From positions 7,729 to 71,728 of the forward strand of contig DASZER010000067.1 in assembly GCA_035940575.1 (NCBI GenBank): a stretch of 64,000 nt of DNA, read 5' to 3'. This document shows, in pieces, positions 52,021 through 60,104 of this stretch (positions are counted from its first letter, which is position 1; each line of letters opens with the position of its first letter). The position numbers were made by a program, and so were the translations under genes. The notes below the pieces were generated by a model, which was given only the letters and a program-made list of their open reading frames with translations, was not told the origin of the DNA and ran no database searches. Source of the stretch: Frankiaceae bacterium (lineage in GTDB: Bacteria > Actinomycetota > Actinomycetes > BP-191).

Positions 52021-52656
52021 CACGCCGAAGGCCGGGAGGCGACGGTCACCGACGAGAGCCGCGCGGCGGGGGAGGCGGCGAAGCGCGAACGGTTCGAGCG
52101 CGACCTCGCGGCGCTCGTCGGGCTGCGCGTCCTCGACGTGACGTACCGCGACGTCGCCTACGAGGGCGCGCCCGACCCCGACTGGGACCGCGGCGACTGG
52201 CACCACGCGGTCATGGGCGTGGAGCTCACGACCGACGGCGGCGTCGTCTCGCTCACGTCGACCGACACGTTCTTCGCGTACGGCGTCGAGATGTCGCGCG
52301 GGCCGCTCGACCTCTCGCAGGACGGGACTCGGGGCTGGAGCGCCGGCGACCACGCGGAGTGGCGGGCGCGGCGCGACCCCGTGCGCGGCGTCGCGACGCG
52401 CTGGGAGCGCGTCGAGCTCGGCCCCGGCCGCACGTCCGACGGCACCGTCGCGACGCCGGGGCGCGCGTACGACGTCCCGCACGCCGTCCGCCTCGACTTC
52501 GAGGCGGGGCCGGTGTGGTTCGTCGCCGCGATGCCGGAGCCCGACGGGTCGCGGCCGCCGTTCGTCGGCGGCGACGAGGTCATGGTGGTGTTCGGCGCGG
52601 AACGGATGCGCGAGATGGGGTTCGGCGACGGGACGTTCGTGGCGCCGTTGGCCTAG
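51772..52656 (+). CDS. hypothetical protein (N-terminal duplicated domain plus an uncharacterised C-terminal domain)
   Basis: GTG 51772 in the frame of ORF 51658..52656. GC3-rich, with no motif I recognise. Confidence 0.7.
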   Translation: MTRAEVRGTLRHVGGVAGVAWHFGRPGWSVAETSRGDREVGNDWCDVLLTADGDDVLLLGEVEPDRFDDLVAALARTGADVTLHAEGREATVTDESRAAGEAAKRERFERDLAALVGLRVLDVTYRDVAYEGAPDPDWDRGDWHHAVMGVELTTDGGVVSLTSTDTFFAYGVEMSRGPLDLSQDGTRGWSAGDHAEWRARRDPVRGVATRWERVELGPGRTSDGTVATPGRAYDVPHAVRLDFEAGPVWFVAAMPEPDGSRPPFVGGDEVMVVFGAERMREMGFGDGTFVAPLA

Positions 52657-52665
52657 GTTGCGCGT

Positions 52666-53244
52666 ATGCCGAAGACGCTGCGCCTGTCACAGGACGCCAA
52701 CGCCGACGCGCTGCTGACGCGCGACCCGCTCGCGCTGCTCGTCGGGATGGTGCTCGACCAGCAGATCCCGCTGGAGAAGGCGTTCTCCTCGCCGTACGTC
52801 CTCACCCAGCGGCTCGGGCACGACCTCGACGCCCGGGAGATCGCGGACCTCGATCCCGAACGCCTCGCGGAGCTGTTCGCGACGCCGCCCGCGCTGCACC
52901 GCTTCCCCGGCTCGATGGCGGGGCGCGTGCAGGAGCTCTGCCGCACGCTCGTCGAGGACCACGACGGCGACGCCGCGAAGGTCTGGACGGGCGTCAAGAC
53001 CGGCGACGAGCTGCTGAGGCGCGTGAAGGCGCTGCCCGGCTTCGGCGACCAGAAGGCGAAGATCTTCGTGGCGCTGCTCGGCAAGCAGCTCGGCGTCCGC
53101 CCGCGCGGCTGGCGCGAGGCCGCGGGCGTCTACGGCGAGGACGGCTGCAGGCGTTCCGTCGCGGACATCACGGGTACCGACAGCCTGCGCGAGGTGCGCG
53201 AGTACAAGAAGCAGATGAAGGCCGCGGCCAAGGCCGCCGGGTAG
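52666..53244 (+). CDS. HhH-GPD-type base-excision DNA repair protein
   Basis: ORF 52666..53244. LALLVGMVLDQQIPLEKAF and the HhH segment LPGFGDQKAKIFVALL are present. Confidence 0.8.
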   Translation: MPKTLRLSQDANADALLTRDPLALLVGMVLDQQIPLEKAFSSPYVLTQRLGHDLDAREIADLDPERLAELFATPPALHRFPGSMAGRVQELCRTLVEDHDGDAAKVWTGVKTGDELLRRVKALPGFGDQKAKIFVALLGKQLGVRPRGWREAAGVYGEDGCRRSVADITGTDSLREVREYKKQMKAAAKAAG

Positions 53245-53251
53245 AGGAGCG

Positions 53252-54013
53252 GTGTTGGTCATCCCGGTCTGGGACCACAACCCCACCCGTCGCCGCCCCT
53301 ACGTCACCTACGCGCTCATCGCGCTCAACGTCGTCGTCTTCCTGATGCAGCCGATCGTGCGCTCGTCGGTGTCGGGCGACGTCGCGACGGCGCAGGCGTG
53401 CCGGCAGGAGGCGTTCTTCCAGCGGTGGGGCGCGATCCCCAAGGAGCTGCTCACCAACGACCCGCTGGACGAGACGGCGGGGCCGCCCGCGGGCGAGGAC
53501 CAGTGCTACGTCGTGGAGCGCGACTACGACAAGAGCCCGTTCCTGTCGGCGATCAGCGCGATGTTCCTGCACGGCGGGTGGGCGCACCTGCTCGGCAACA
53601 TGCTGTTCCTGTTCGTGTTCGGCAACAACGTCGAGGACCGCTTCGGGCGGCTGAGGTTCCTGCTCGCCTACCTCGTGTGGGGCGTCGTCGCGACGTACGG
53701 CTTCGCGGCCGCCGACGCCGACTCCACGGCCGTCGTGATCGGCGCCTCGGGCGCGATCGCGGGCGTGCTCGGCGCGTACCTGATGATGTTCCCGCGCGCC
53801 AAGGTCGTGAGCCTGGTGCCGATCCTGTTCTTCTTCCCGCTACGGCTGCCCGCCTGGGTCGTGCTCGGGCTGTGGTTCCTGCTGCAGTGGGCGTTCTCCA
53901 GCGGCGCGACGATCACCGAGGGCGGCGGCGTGGCGTACCTCGCGCACGTCGTCGGCTTCGTCGCGGGCGTCGTCGCGGGCCTCTTCTTCCGCGGCAGGCG
54001 CGTCCCCGCGTGA
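53252..54013 (+). CDS. rhomboid-family intramembrane serine protease
   Basis: ORF 53252..54013. FLHGGWAHLLGNMLFLFVFG and the catalytic GASGAIAGVLGAY are present. Confidence 0.9.
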   Translation: MLVIPVWDHNPTRRRPYVTYALIALNVVVFLMQPIVRSSVSGDVATAQACRQEAFFQRWGAIPKELLTNDPLDETAGPPAGEDQCYVVERDYDKSPFLSAISAMFLHGGWAHLLGNMLFLFVFGNNVEDRFGRLRFLLAYLVWGVVATYGFAAADADSTAVVIGASGAIAGVLGAYLMMFPRAKVVSLVPILFFFPLRLPAWVVLGLWFLLQWAFSSGATITEGGGVAYLAHVVGFVAGVVAGLFFRGRRVPA

Positions 54014-54879
54014 GCACGTTCGCCGTCGTCGTCGTCCAGGACGTGCCGTGGCCCGAGTGGCGGCGGCGCGCGGTCGAGGTCGAGGACCTCGGCTACGACA
54101 CCGTGCACGTCTGGGACCACCTCGTGCACCGGACGCTGGACGAGACCGACCCGCTGCTCGACTCGTTCGGCGTGCTGTCCGCCGCCGCGGCCGTCACCTC
54201 GCGGATCAGGCTCGGCACGCTCGTCGCGTCGCCGACGCTGCGTCACCCGGTGCTGCTCGCGAAGCAGGCGCTCACGCTCGACCACGTGAGCGGCGGGCGG
54301 CTCGACCTCGGCATCGGCGCGGCGGGCGTGCTGCGCGACTACGAGGTGCTCGGCATGCAGCCGTGGTCCAAGGCCGAGCAGGTCGAACGCTTCCGCGAGA
54401 CCGTCGAGACGGTCCTCGCGATCTCGAGCGGCGAGCGCCTCGCGAACGTCCCGCCGCCCGCGCAGCGCCCGCTGCCGCTGACGCTCGCGGCGCACGGCCC
54501 GCGCACGCTGCGGATCGCCGCCCGCCACGCCACCCGGTGGAACACCATCGCCCCCCGCGACCTCCCGGCCGAGGAGTCGCTGGCCCGCGCGGCGGCGCTG
54601 AACGCCGACCTCTCCCGCCTCGCCGAGGAGGAGGGGCGCGACCCGGCGTCGATCAGCAGGTCGGTGTTCCTCGGGTCGAGGGACTGGCCGGTGCGCGAGT
54701 CGGCGGCGGCGTTCGCGGACGCCGTACGCCGCTTCCGCGACGCGGGCTTCGACGACTTCGTGCTGATGTACCCGGACCACCCGGCCGACGAGCGGACGGG
54801 CCACGGCGGCGCCGACCCGGACATCGTGAAGCGGGTAGCCGAGGTGCTCCCTGACCTGCGCGCGGAGTCCGTATCCTGA
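54010..54879 (+). CDS. LLM-class (luciferase-like, probably F420-dependent) oxidoreductase
   Basis: GTG 54010 (GTGA overlap) in the frame of ORF 53398..54879. LGYDTVHVWDHL, RIRLGTLVASPTLRHP and GGRLDLGIGAG-like motifs are present. Confidence 0.8.
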   Translation: MSTFAVVVVQDVPWPEWRRRAVEVEDLGYDTVHVWDHLVHRTLDETDPLLDSFGVLSAAAAVTSRIRLGTLVASPTLRHPVLLAKQALTLDHVSGGRLDLGIGAAGVLRDYEVLGMQPWSKAEQVERFRETVETVLAISSGERLANVPPPAQRPLPLTLAAHGPRTLRIAARHATRWNTIAPRDLPAEESLARAAALNADLSRLAEEEGRDPASISRSVFLGSRDWPVRESAAAFADAVRRFRDAGFDDFVLMYPDHPADERTGHGGADPDIVKRVAEVLPDLRAESVS

Positions 54880-54883
54880 CGGC

Positions 54884-55396
54884 ATGCGCCGGTACGCGGG
54901 CCTCGTCGCGCTGCTCGCGCTGACGGGCTGCGCCCAGGAGCGCGCGGGCTCGCTGCCGCCCCCGCCCCCGCCGCCCACCTCGGCGACCGCTGCCCCGACC
55001 GCGACCCCCCCGCGCGCCGGGTCCGAGGTCGAGGTCGCCGCCCGCGCGTACTACGCCGCCCTCGAACGCGCCGGGCGCGACGGCGACGTCGCCGCGCTGC
55101 GCGCGCTGGTCGACCCGGCGTGCGAGTGCTTCCAGCAGGTCGCGACGATGGAGGGGTACCGTCGCGCGCACCGGAGACTCACCACGCGCTACTCCGTCGA
55201 GGGCCTGTCGACCCACGACGTGACGGCGACGGCGGGGTGGGCGACGGTGACGCTGACGTACGGCGCCTCGGAGCTCGTCGGCGCCGACGGGCGCGTCGTG
55301 AGCACGTACCCGGGGAAGACGAAGGTCGGGCGGGACCTGCTGTTCCGGAAGGAGGGGACGACGTGGCGGCTGGTACGGCTCGTGCTGCTCGGCTGA
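54884..55396 (+). CDS. lipoprotein (NTF2/SnoaL-like fold candidate)
   Basis: ORF 54884..55396. The lipobox is LLALTGC, followed by a poly-Pro linker. Confidence 0.8.
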   Translation: MRRYAGLVALLALTGCAQERAGSLPPPPPPPTSATAAPTATPPRAGSEVEVAARAYYAALERAGRDGDVAALRALVDPACECFQQVATMEGYRRAHRRLTTRYSVEGLSTHDVTATAGWATVTLTYGASELVGADGRVVSTYPGKTKVGRDLLFRKEGTTWRLVRLVLLG

Positions 55397-56262
55397 CGCT
55401 CGCCCTCGCGACGCTCTCCGTGGCGGCGGTGGTGGGGACGGCGGCCCCCGCCGCGGGCGCTCCCGGCTGCGGCGGCGACCCCTCGTCCCACGTCGAGGGG
55501 TGCGGCGGCGCGACGGGCGACGGCACGTCGTACAACACGGTCGTCGCGATCCCGGGCCTCTCGGGCGGCCCCGGCGGCTCCGGCGGAGGCGGCTCGTCGG
55601 GCGGCGGCTGCGCCGGCTGCGACTGGTACGTCACCCCCGCCTGCCCGATCAACGGCCCCCCGCCGAACGCCGCCGACGTCATGTGCTCGGGCGCCGCGAT
55701 GGCGTGCCCCCAGGGCGGCATCAGGATGCGGGTGTTCGTCCGCAGGCCGGGCGAGTCGTGGACGGTCGCGGGGACGTACTGCACCGGCAACGGCAACGGC
55801 GTCGTCACCGTCGCCGACGTCGCCGCCGACGCGGGCGCGCTGTACCGCGACCGGATGACGCCGGGCGCCGCGACGATCGGCGTGACCCCGCCGCCCGACC
55901 GCGTGCTCGTGAACGCGCTGACGTACTTCGGCGCGAACGGCGCCGAGCCGATGCGCGGGACGTTCGGGCCCGACGCGCTGACGGTCACGATCGCGGCGGT
56001 GCCGACGTACGTCTGGGACTTCGGCGACGGCACGACGCTCGAGACGACGAGCCCCGGCGGCCCGGCGGGCGACGTGACGCACACCTACCGCGCGCCCGGC
56101 GCGACGACCGTGCGGCTGACGACGCGCTGGCACGCGGAGTTCACGGTGACGAGCGCGCTCGGGACGTTCGGTCCCTACGACGTCGGCGGCACGCCGGTCG
56201 CGCCGTCGAGCACGCGCGCGGTGGACGTGCACGAGGCCCGCGCCGAGCTGGTCGGCGGCTAG
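55363..56262 (+). CDS. secreted Cys/Gly-rich protein with a PKD domain
   Basis: GTG 55363 lies 7 nt after GGAAGGAGG, in the frame of ORF 55120..56262, with a signal peptide. WDFGDGT...HTYRAPGATTVRLT is the PKD signature. Confidence 0.8.
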   Translation: MAAGTARAARLTLALATLSVAAVVGTAAPAAGAPGCGGDPSSHVEGCGGATGDGTSYNTVVAIPGLSGGPGGSGGGGSSGGGCAGCDWYVTPACPINGPPPNAADVMCSGAAMACPQGGIRMRVFVRRPGESWTVAGTYCTGNGNGVVTVADVAADAGALYRDRMTPGAATIGVTPPPDRVLVNALTYFGANGAEPMRGTFGPDALTVTIAAVPTYVWDFGDGTTLETTSPGGPAGDVTHTYRAPGATTVRLTTRWHAEFTVTSALGTFGPYDVGGTPVAPSSTRAVDVHEARAELVGG

Positions 56263-56996
56263 GCCGAGACGAGCGTCCGCGCCTCGCCGAGGCAGTAGAG
56301 CGCGTACGCCTGCCGGATCACCGGCTGCGCGACGTTGCGGACGTGGATGCCGCCCGCGGTGACGCCCTTCTCGGTGCCGGCGTGCGCGTGGCCGTGCAGC
56401 ACGAGGTCCGCGCCTGCCGAGTCCACGGCCTCGGCGAGCAGGTACGACCCGAGGAACGGGTAGATCTCCAGCCGCTCGCCGGCGAGCGTGTCGGGCACGG
56501 GCGCGTAGTGCATCAGCGCGACGCGGTGGTCGCAGCCCTCCAGCGACGCCAGGGCGTGGCAGAGGCGTTCGGCCACGTGCTTGGTGTGGCCGACGAACGC
56601 CTTCATCTCCGCCTCGCCGAAGTCGCTCCCGCACGCGCCCGCGAAGCCGCCGCCGAAGCCCTTGGTCCCCGCGATGCCGAGCCTGCAGCCGCCGGCCTCG
56701 ACCGTTGTCGCCGAGCCCTCGAGGACGGTCACGCCGCCGTCGCGCAGCACGCGCACGACCTCGGGCACCTGGCCCGCGTGGTGGTCGTGGTTGCCGAGGA
56801 CGGCGACGACGGGGACGCCGACGTCGCGCACCTCGTCCACGAACACCCGCATCTCCTCGACGGACCCGCAGCGGGTGAGGTCGCCCGCGAACAGCAGCAC
56901 GTCCGCCGCCTCGCGCAGGTGCCCCAGCGACGCGGAGAGGACGCCGCGCGAGTCCTTGCCGACGTGGACGTCGCCGACGGCCGCGATGCGGATCAC
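56259..56996 (-). CDS. metallophosphoesterase (calcineurin-like)
   Basis: ORF 56259..56996. Motifs GDVHVG, AGDLT, GNHDHH and HGHAH. Confidence 0.9.
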   Translation of the reverse strand: MIRIAAVGDVHVGKDSRGVLSASLGHLREAADVLLFAGDLTRCGSVEEMRVFVDEVRDVGVPVVAVLGNHDHHAGQVPEVVRVLRDGGVTVLEGSATTVEAGGCRLGIAGTKGFGGGFAGACGSDFGEAEMKAFVGHTKHVAERLCHALASLEGCDHRVALMHYAPVPDTLAGERLEIYPFLGSYLLAEAVDSAGADLVLHGHAHAGTEKGVTAGGIHVRNVAQPVIRQAYALYCLGEARTLVSA

Positions 56997-57253
56997 GCCA
57001 GCGACTCCTGCTCGACGGGCTCGGCGTACGACGCCACGGTCACCTCGTTGCAGACGCGGTAGCCGCCGGGCACGAGCTCCCCGGCACGGGCGCCGACGAG
57101 GTCGCGCCGCGCCTCCGTGCCGACGACGCCGGAGAGGAACACCGACGTCCCGGCGACGCGCACGGTGATGCCGAGCTCGTGCAGGTCGCCGTCCTCGGCG
57201 AGGCGCTCGGAGATCCAGCCGCCCAGGTACTCCGGCTGGTCGGGCGGCTGCAC
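56993..57253 (-). CDS. BON-domain protein (86 aa)
   Basis: GTG 57253 in the frame of ORF 56993..57724. GITVRVAGTSVFLSGVVGTEARRD is BON-like. Overlaps: TAGTG with the upstream gene and GTGA with the downstream gene. Confidence 0.7.
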   Translation of the reverse strand: MQPPDQPEYLGGWISERLAEDGDLHELGITVRVAGTSVFLSGVVGTEARRDLVGARAGELVPGGYRVCNEVTVASYAEPVEQESLA

Positions 57254-57825
57254 TACCCGGCCCTCCGCAGCTTCTCCGGCACGATGCCGAGCCGCTCGAC
57301 CAGCGTGAGGAACCCCGCGGCGAACGGCGAGTGGTCGGTCGCCGCCGCGACCTCGACCCAGTCCACCTGCTCGCGCACCGCGCGCGCGACGGCGAGCAGG
57401 CCGAGGTAGTCGAGGTGGTGCTCGTTGTACGAGAGCAGCTTCGTGATGAAGACGTCCTCGAGCCTGAGCACCTTCATCTTCATCGCGGACACGTCGCGGA
57501 CGGGCGCGCGTTCGAGCACCTCGTCGGTGATCGGCATGCCCTCGGGGCGGTAGATCAGGTCGACCAGCACGTCGCCGTCGTAGACCTTGAGCAGCCAGTC
57601 CTCGGGCGGGTCGACGGGCTTCATGCCCTCGTTCGCGAGGACCTCCTGCGCGCGCCTGGCGTCCTCCTCGCGCACCATGAAGTCCACGTCGTGCTGGGAC
57701 TCCGGCGCGCCGTAGCACCAGCACGCGATGCCGCCCCCGACCGCGAACGGGATCTTCGCGTCGAGCAGCACGGCCGCGGCGCGCTTGCAGCTCTCGAGGA
57801 TCTCCTGCGGGTCGTCGGATGCCAC
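57253..57825 (-). CDS. Pol-beta-superfamily nucleotidyltransferase family protein (190 aa)
   Basis: GTG 57825 in the frame of ORF 57253..58410. The NTase signature is GGGIACWCYGAPESQHDVDF (G-G/S ... D-x-D). Confidence 0.75.
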   Translation of the reverse strand: MASDDPQEILESCKRAAAVLLDAKIPFAVGGGIACWCYGAPESQHDVDFMVREEDARRAQEVLANEGMKPVDPPEDWLLKVYDGDVLVDLIYRPEGMPITDEVLERAPVRDVSAMKMKVLRLEDVFITKLLSYNEHHLDYLGLLAVARAVREQVDWVEVAAATDHSPFAAGFLTLVERLGIVPEKLRRAG

Positions 57826-57854
57826 GGCGGGAACGTGCCCCGAAAAATCGCGAA

Positions 57855-57880
57855 GCAACCCCGCGCGCCGCCCGGACGTA
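57855..57880 (+). promoter_or_regulatory. ECF-type promoter candidate (GCAAC-N17-CGTA) upstream of the sigma gene
   Basis: GCAAC at 57855-59 and CGTA at 57877-80, read directly, 27 nt before ATG 57907. This resembles the GGAAC-N16/17-CGTT ECF architecture but is degenerate. Confidence 0.25.
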
Positions 57881-57906
57881 GGAACGTCCTGGACGGGGAG
57901 GGACGG

Positions 57907-58437
57907 ATGACGGCGGTAGAGGTCGTGGTGAGCGCGAAGGCGCGGCCGGTGGCGCCGCCCGGGTTCGACGAACGGTTCCCGCTCCTGTACGCGGCCGCCG
58001 CCGGCACGGCGTGGCGGATCCTCGGCGACCGCGAGGACGCCGCCGACGTGGCGCAGGAGGCCGTGGCGCGCGCGGTCGCGCGGTGGTCCCGCGTGGGCGA
58101 GGACCCGGTGGCGTGGACCGTCACGGTGGCGACGCGGCTCGCGCTGGACGGGCTCCGGCGCAGGCGGCGGGACGCGCGGCGGTTCGCCGAGCTGAGCGGC
58201 GGGTTCGCCGAGGCGGCGGGCGAGCGCGGCTCCGACGCCGCGCTCGACCTGCGGCGCGCGCTGCGCGCGCTGCCGAGGCGGCAGCGCGAGGTCGTGGTCC
58301 TGCGCTACCTCGCCGACCTCACCGAGGCCGACGTCGCCGCCGTCCTCGGAATCTCGCAGGGCGCCGTGAAGAGCGCCGCCTCGCGCGGCGCCGCCGCGCT
58401 CCGCGCGCACCTGACCCCCGAAGGAGAGCAGCGATGA
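57907..58437 (+). CDS. ECF RNA polymerase sigma factor
   Basis: ATG 57907 in the frame of ORF 57331..58437. Region 2 is AADVAQEAVARAVARW. Region 4 is LPRRQREVVVLRYLADLTEADVAAVLGISQGAVKSAASRG. Confidence 0.88.
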   Translation: MTAVEVVVSAKARPVAPPGFDERFPLLYAAAAGTAWRILGDREDAADVAQEAVARAVARWSRVGEDPVAWTVTVATRLALDGLRRRRRDARRFAELSGGFAEAAGERGSDAALDLRRALRALPRRQREVVVLRYLADLTEADVAAVLGISQGAVKSAASRGAAALRAHLTPEGEQR

Positions 58438-59360
58438 GCGAGCGCACCCCCTGGGGCCGCGACCCCGGCGACCCCCCCGACTTCGCGGCGGGTCCCGACG
58501 TACGCGACGCGGTCGTCCGGCGCGGCCGGGGGCTGCGGCACCGGAGGCAGGCGGCGTTGACGTCCGCGGGCGCGGCGCTGCTGCTGACCGGCGTCGTCGC
58601 GGGCGGCACGCTCGCGCGTCCCGACGCCGCGCGGCGCCCCGACGTGCTCGTGCCGGCGACCGCTACGCCGTCGCCGGAGCCGACCGCGTCCGCGTCCGCG
58701 GAGCCCACCGCGTCGCCGGAGCCGACGGCCTCGCCGTCGCCGTCCCCGCTCCGGCCGTCCACGAGGCCGACCGTGGCGCCTGCGCACTCGCCCGCGCCGT
58801 CCCCGGCTCCTCCGGCCCCTCCGTCGCCCTCGCCGACGGCGACGGGCCCGACCGGCCCCGCGCCCGTCGCCTACCCGGACGAGTACACGGACGACCACGG
58901 CACCCGGCGCGCGTACCCGGCGGCGTACGGCGTCTGCGAGTACGACCGCGACCCCGACAGGGCGGCGCTGTTCCCCGACCTCACGGTCACCGCGAGCGGC
59001 GTCCGCGTGCAGGGCACGACCGTCTTCTACACGGTCGCCCTCACGAACACCGGCACCACCCGACTCCAGCTCTCCGAGGAGACGATGGTGCCGATGGAGG
59101 CGCTCGACCAGGGCGGCACGCAGATGACGGGGACGGGGACGTTCGTCGAGAGCACGACGCTGACGCACGAGCTGCGGCCCGGGGAGTCCGTCAGCGCCGA
59201 GCACCGGCTGCACGCGGTCGGCTGCGCGCACAGCCGGGGCGGGCGCACGCCGCTGCCCGCGGGGCAGTACCAGCTCGTCGCGAGCGCCCTCGTCTACCCC
59301 GGCGCGGGTGGCGAGGGCGGTCCGGTCTACGCGGCGCCGGTCACGGTGACGCTGCCGTGA
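58434..59360 (+). CDS. anti-sigma-like single-pass membrane protein with a Pro/Ser/Thr linker and a C-terminal beta domain
   Basis: ATG 58434 (ATGA overlap) in the frame of ORF 58011..59360. The TM segment is AGAALLLTGVVAGG. The linker repeats are PEPTASxSAEPTASPEPTASPSPSP. Confidence 0.75.
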   Translation: MSERTPWGRDPGDPPDFAAGPDVRDAVVRRGRGLRHRRQAALTSAGAALLLTGVVAGGTLARPDAARRPDVLVPATATPSPEPTASASAEPTASPEPTASPSPSPLRPSTRPTVAPAHSPAPSPAPPAPPSPSPTATGPTGPAPVAYPDEYTDDHGTRRAYPAAYGVCEYDRDPDRAALFPDLTVTASGVRVQGTTVFYTVALTNTGTTRLQLSEETMVPMEALDQGGTQMTGTGTFVESTTLTHELRPGESVSAEHRLHAVGCAHSRGGRTPLPAGQYQLVASALVYPGAGGEGGPVYAAPVTVTLP

Positions 59361-60087
59361 CCGTGAGGTCGGCGCCGACCCGGATCGCGTCGACCAGCCG
59401 CTCGCCCGCGCGTACGACGCCGCCGGGCCAGACGACCGAGCGCACCAGCTCGCCCTCCACGACCGCGCCCTCGCCGACGACGGACTCGCCGCCGGAGGCG
59501 TGCAGGTTGGCGTCGAGGTAGTCGCGCGGCGTGCCGCAGTCCACGAACGCGCCCTCCCACGGCACCAGCTCCGGCTCCGTCCGCGACCAGAGCAGCTCGT
59601 AGAGGCCGTTGCGCTCGGCGGGCACGTCCTTGACGACCGACCACGGATGCAGTGACGCGCCGCAGAACAGCCACGGCCCGAAGTCCCCGCGCGCCTCGTC
59701 GCGGACGACGAGCAGCCGTACGCGCTCGCCGTCCCACCCGTCCACGAAGTCCCGCAGCGACCCGGGGCGGTACGCGTCGCCGTTGAGGACGAGCACGTCG
59801 CGCCCGTCGAGCCACGGCCGCAGGTAGCCCAGGGCCCCGGCCGTGCCGAGGTCGAACGGCTCCCGCGAGACGTGGGCGCGGTCGCCCACGTGCGCCTCGA
59901 TCTGGTCACCGAGGTAGCGGGCGTTGACCGCGACGTGCGGCGCGACCTCGGACGCGATCGCGAGGCCGCGGTCGAGGAGGGTGACGTTGCCGACCGGGCA
60001 GAGAGGCTTGGGGCGCAGCAGCGTCAGCGGCCGCAGCCGCGTCCCGCTGCCGGCCGCCAGCACCAGCGCCGCCAGGTCCGCCGCCAC
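59341..60087 (-). CDS. sugar-phosphate nucleotidyltransferase (NTP_transferase family)
   Basis: ORF 59341..60087. The N-terminal LVLAAGSGTRLRPLTLLRPKPL signature is present. Confidence 0.85.
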   Translation of the reverse strand: MAADLAALVLAAGSGTRLRPLTLLRPKPLCPVGNVTLLDRGLAIASEVAPHVAVNARYLGDQIEAHVGDRAHVSREPFDLGTAGALGYLRPWLDGRDVLVLNGDAYRPGSLRDFVDGWDGERVRLLVVRDEARGDFGPWLFCGASLHPWSVVKDVPAERNGLYELLWSRTEPELVPWEGAFVDCGTPRDYLDANLHASGGESVVGEGAVVEGELVRSVVWPGGVVRAGERLVDAIRVGADLTVTAASP

Positions 60088-60104
60088 GCGGGAGACTCAA
60101 GCAC

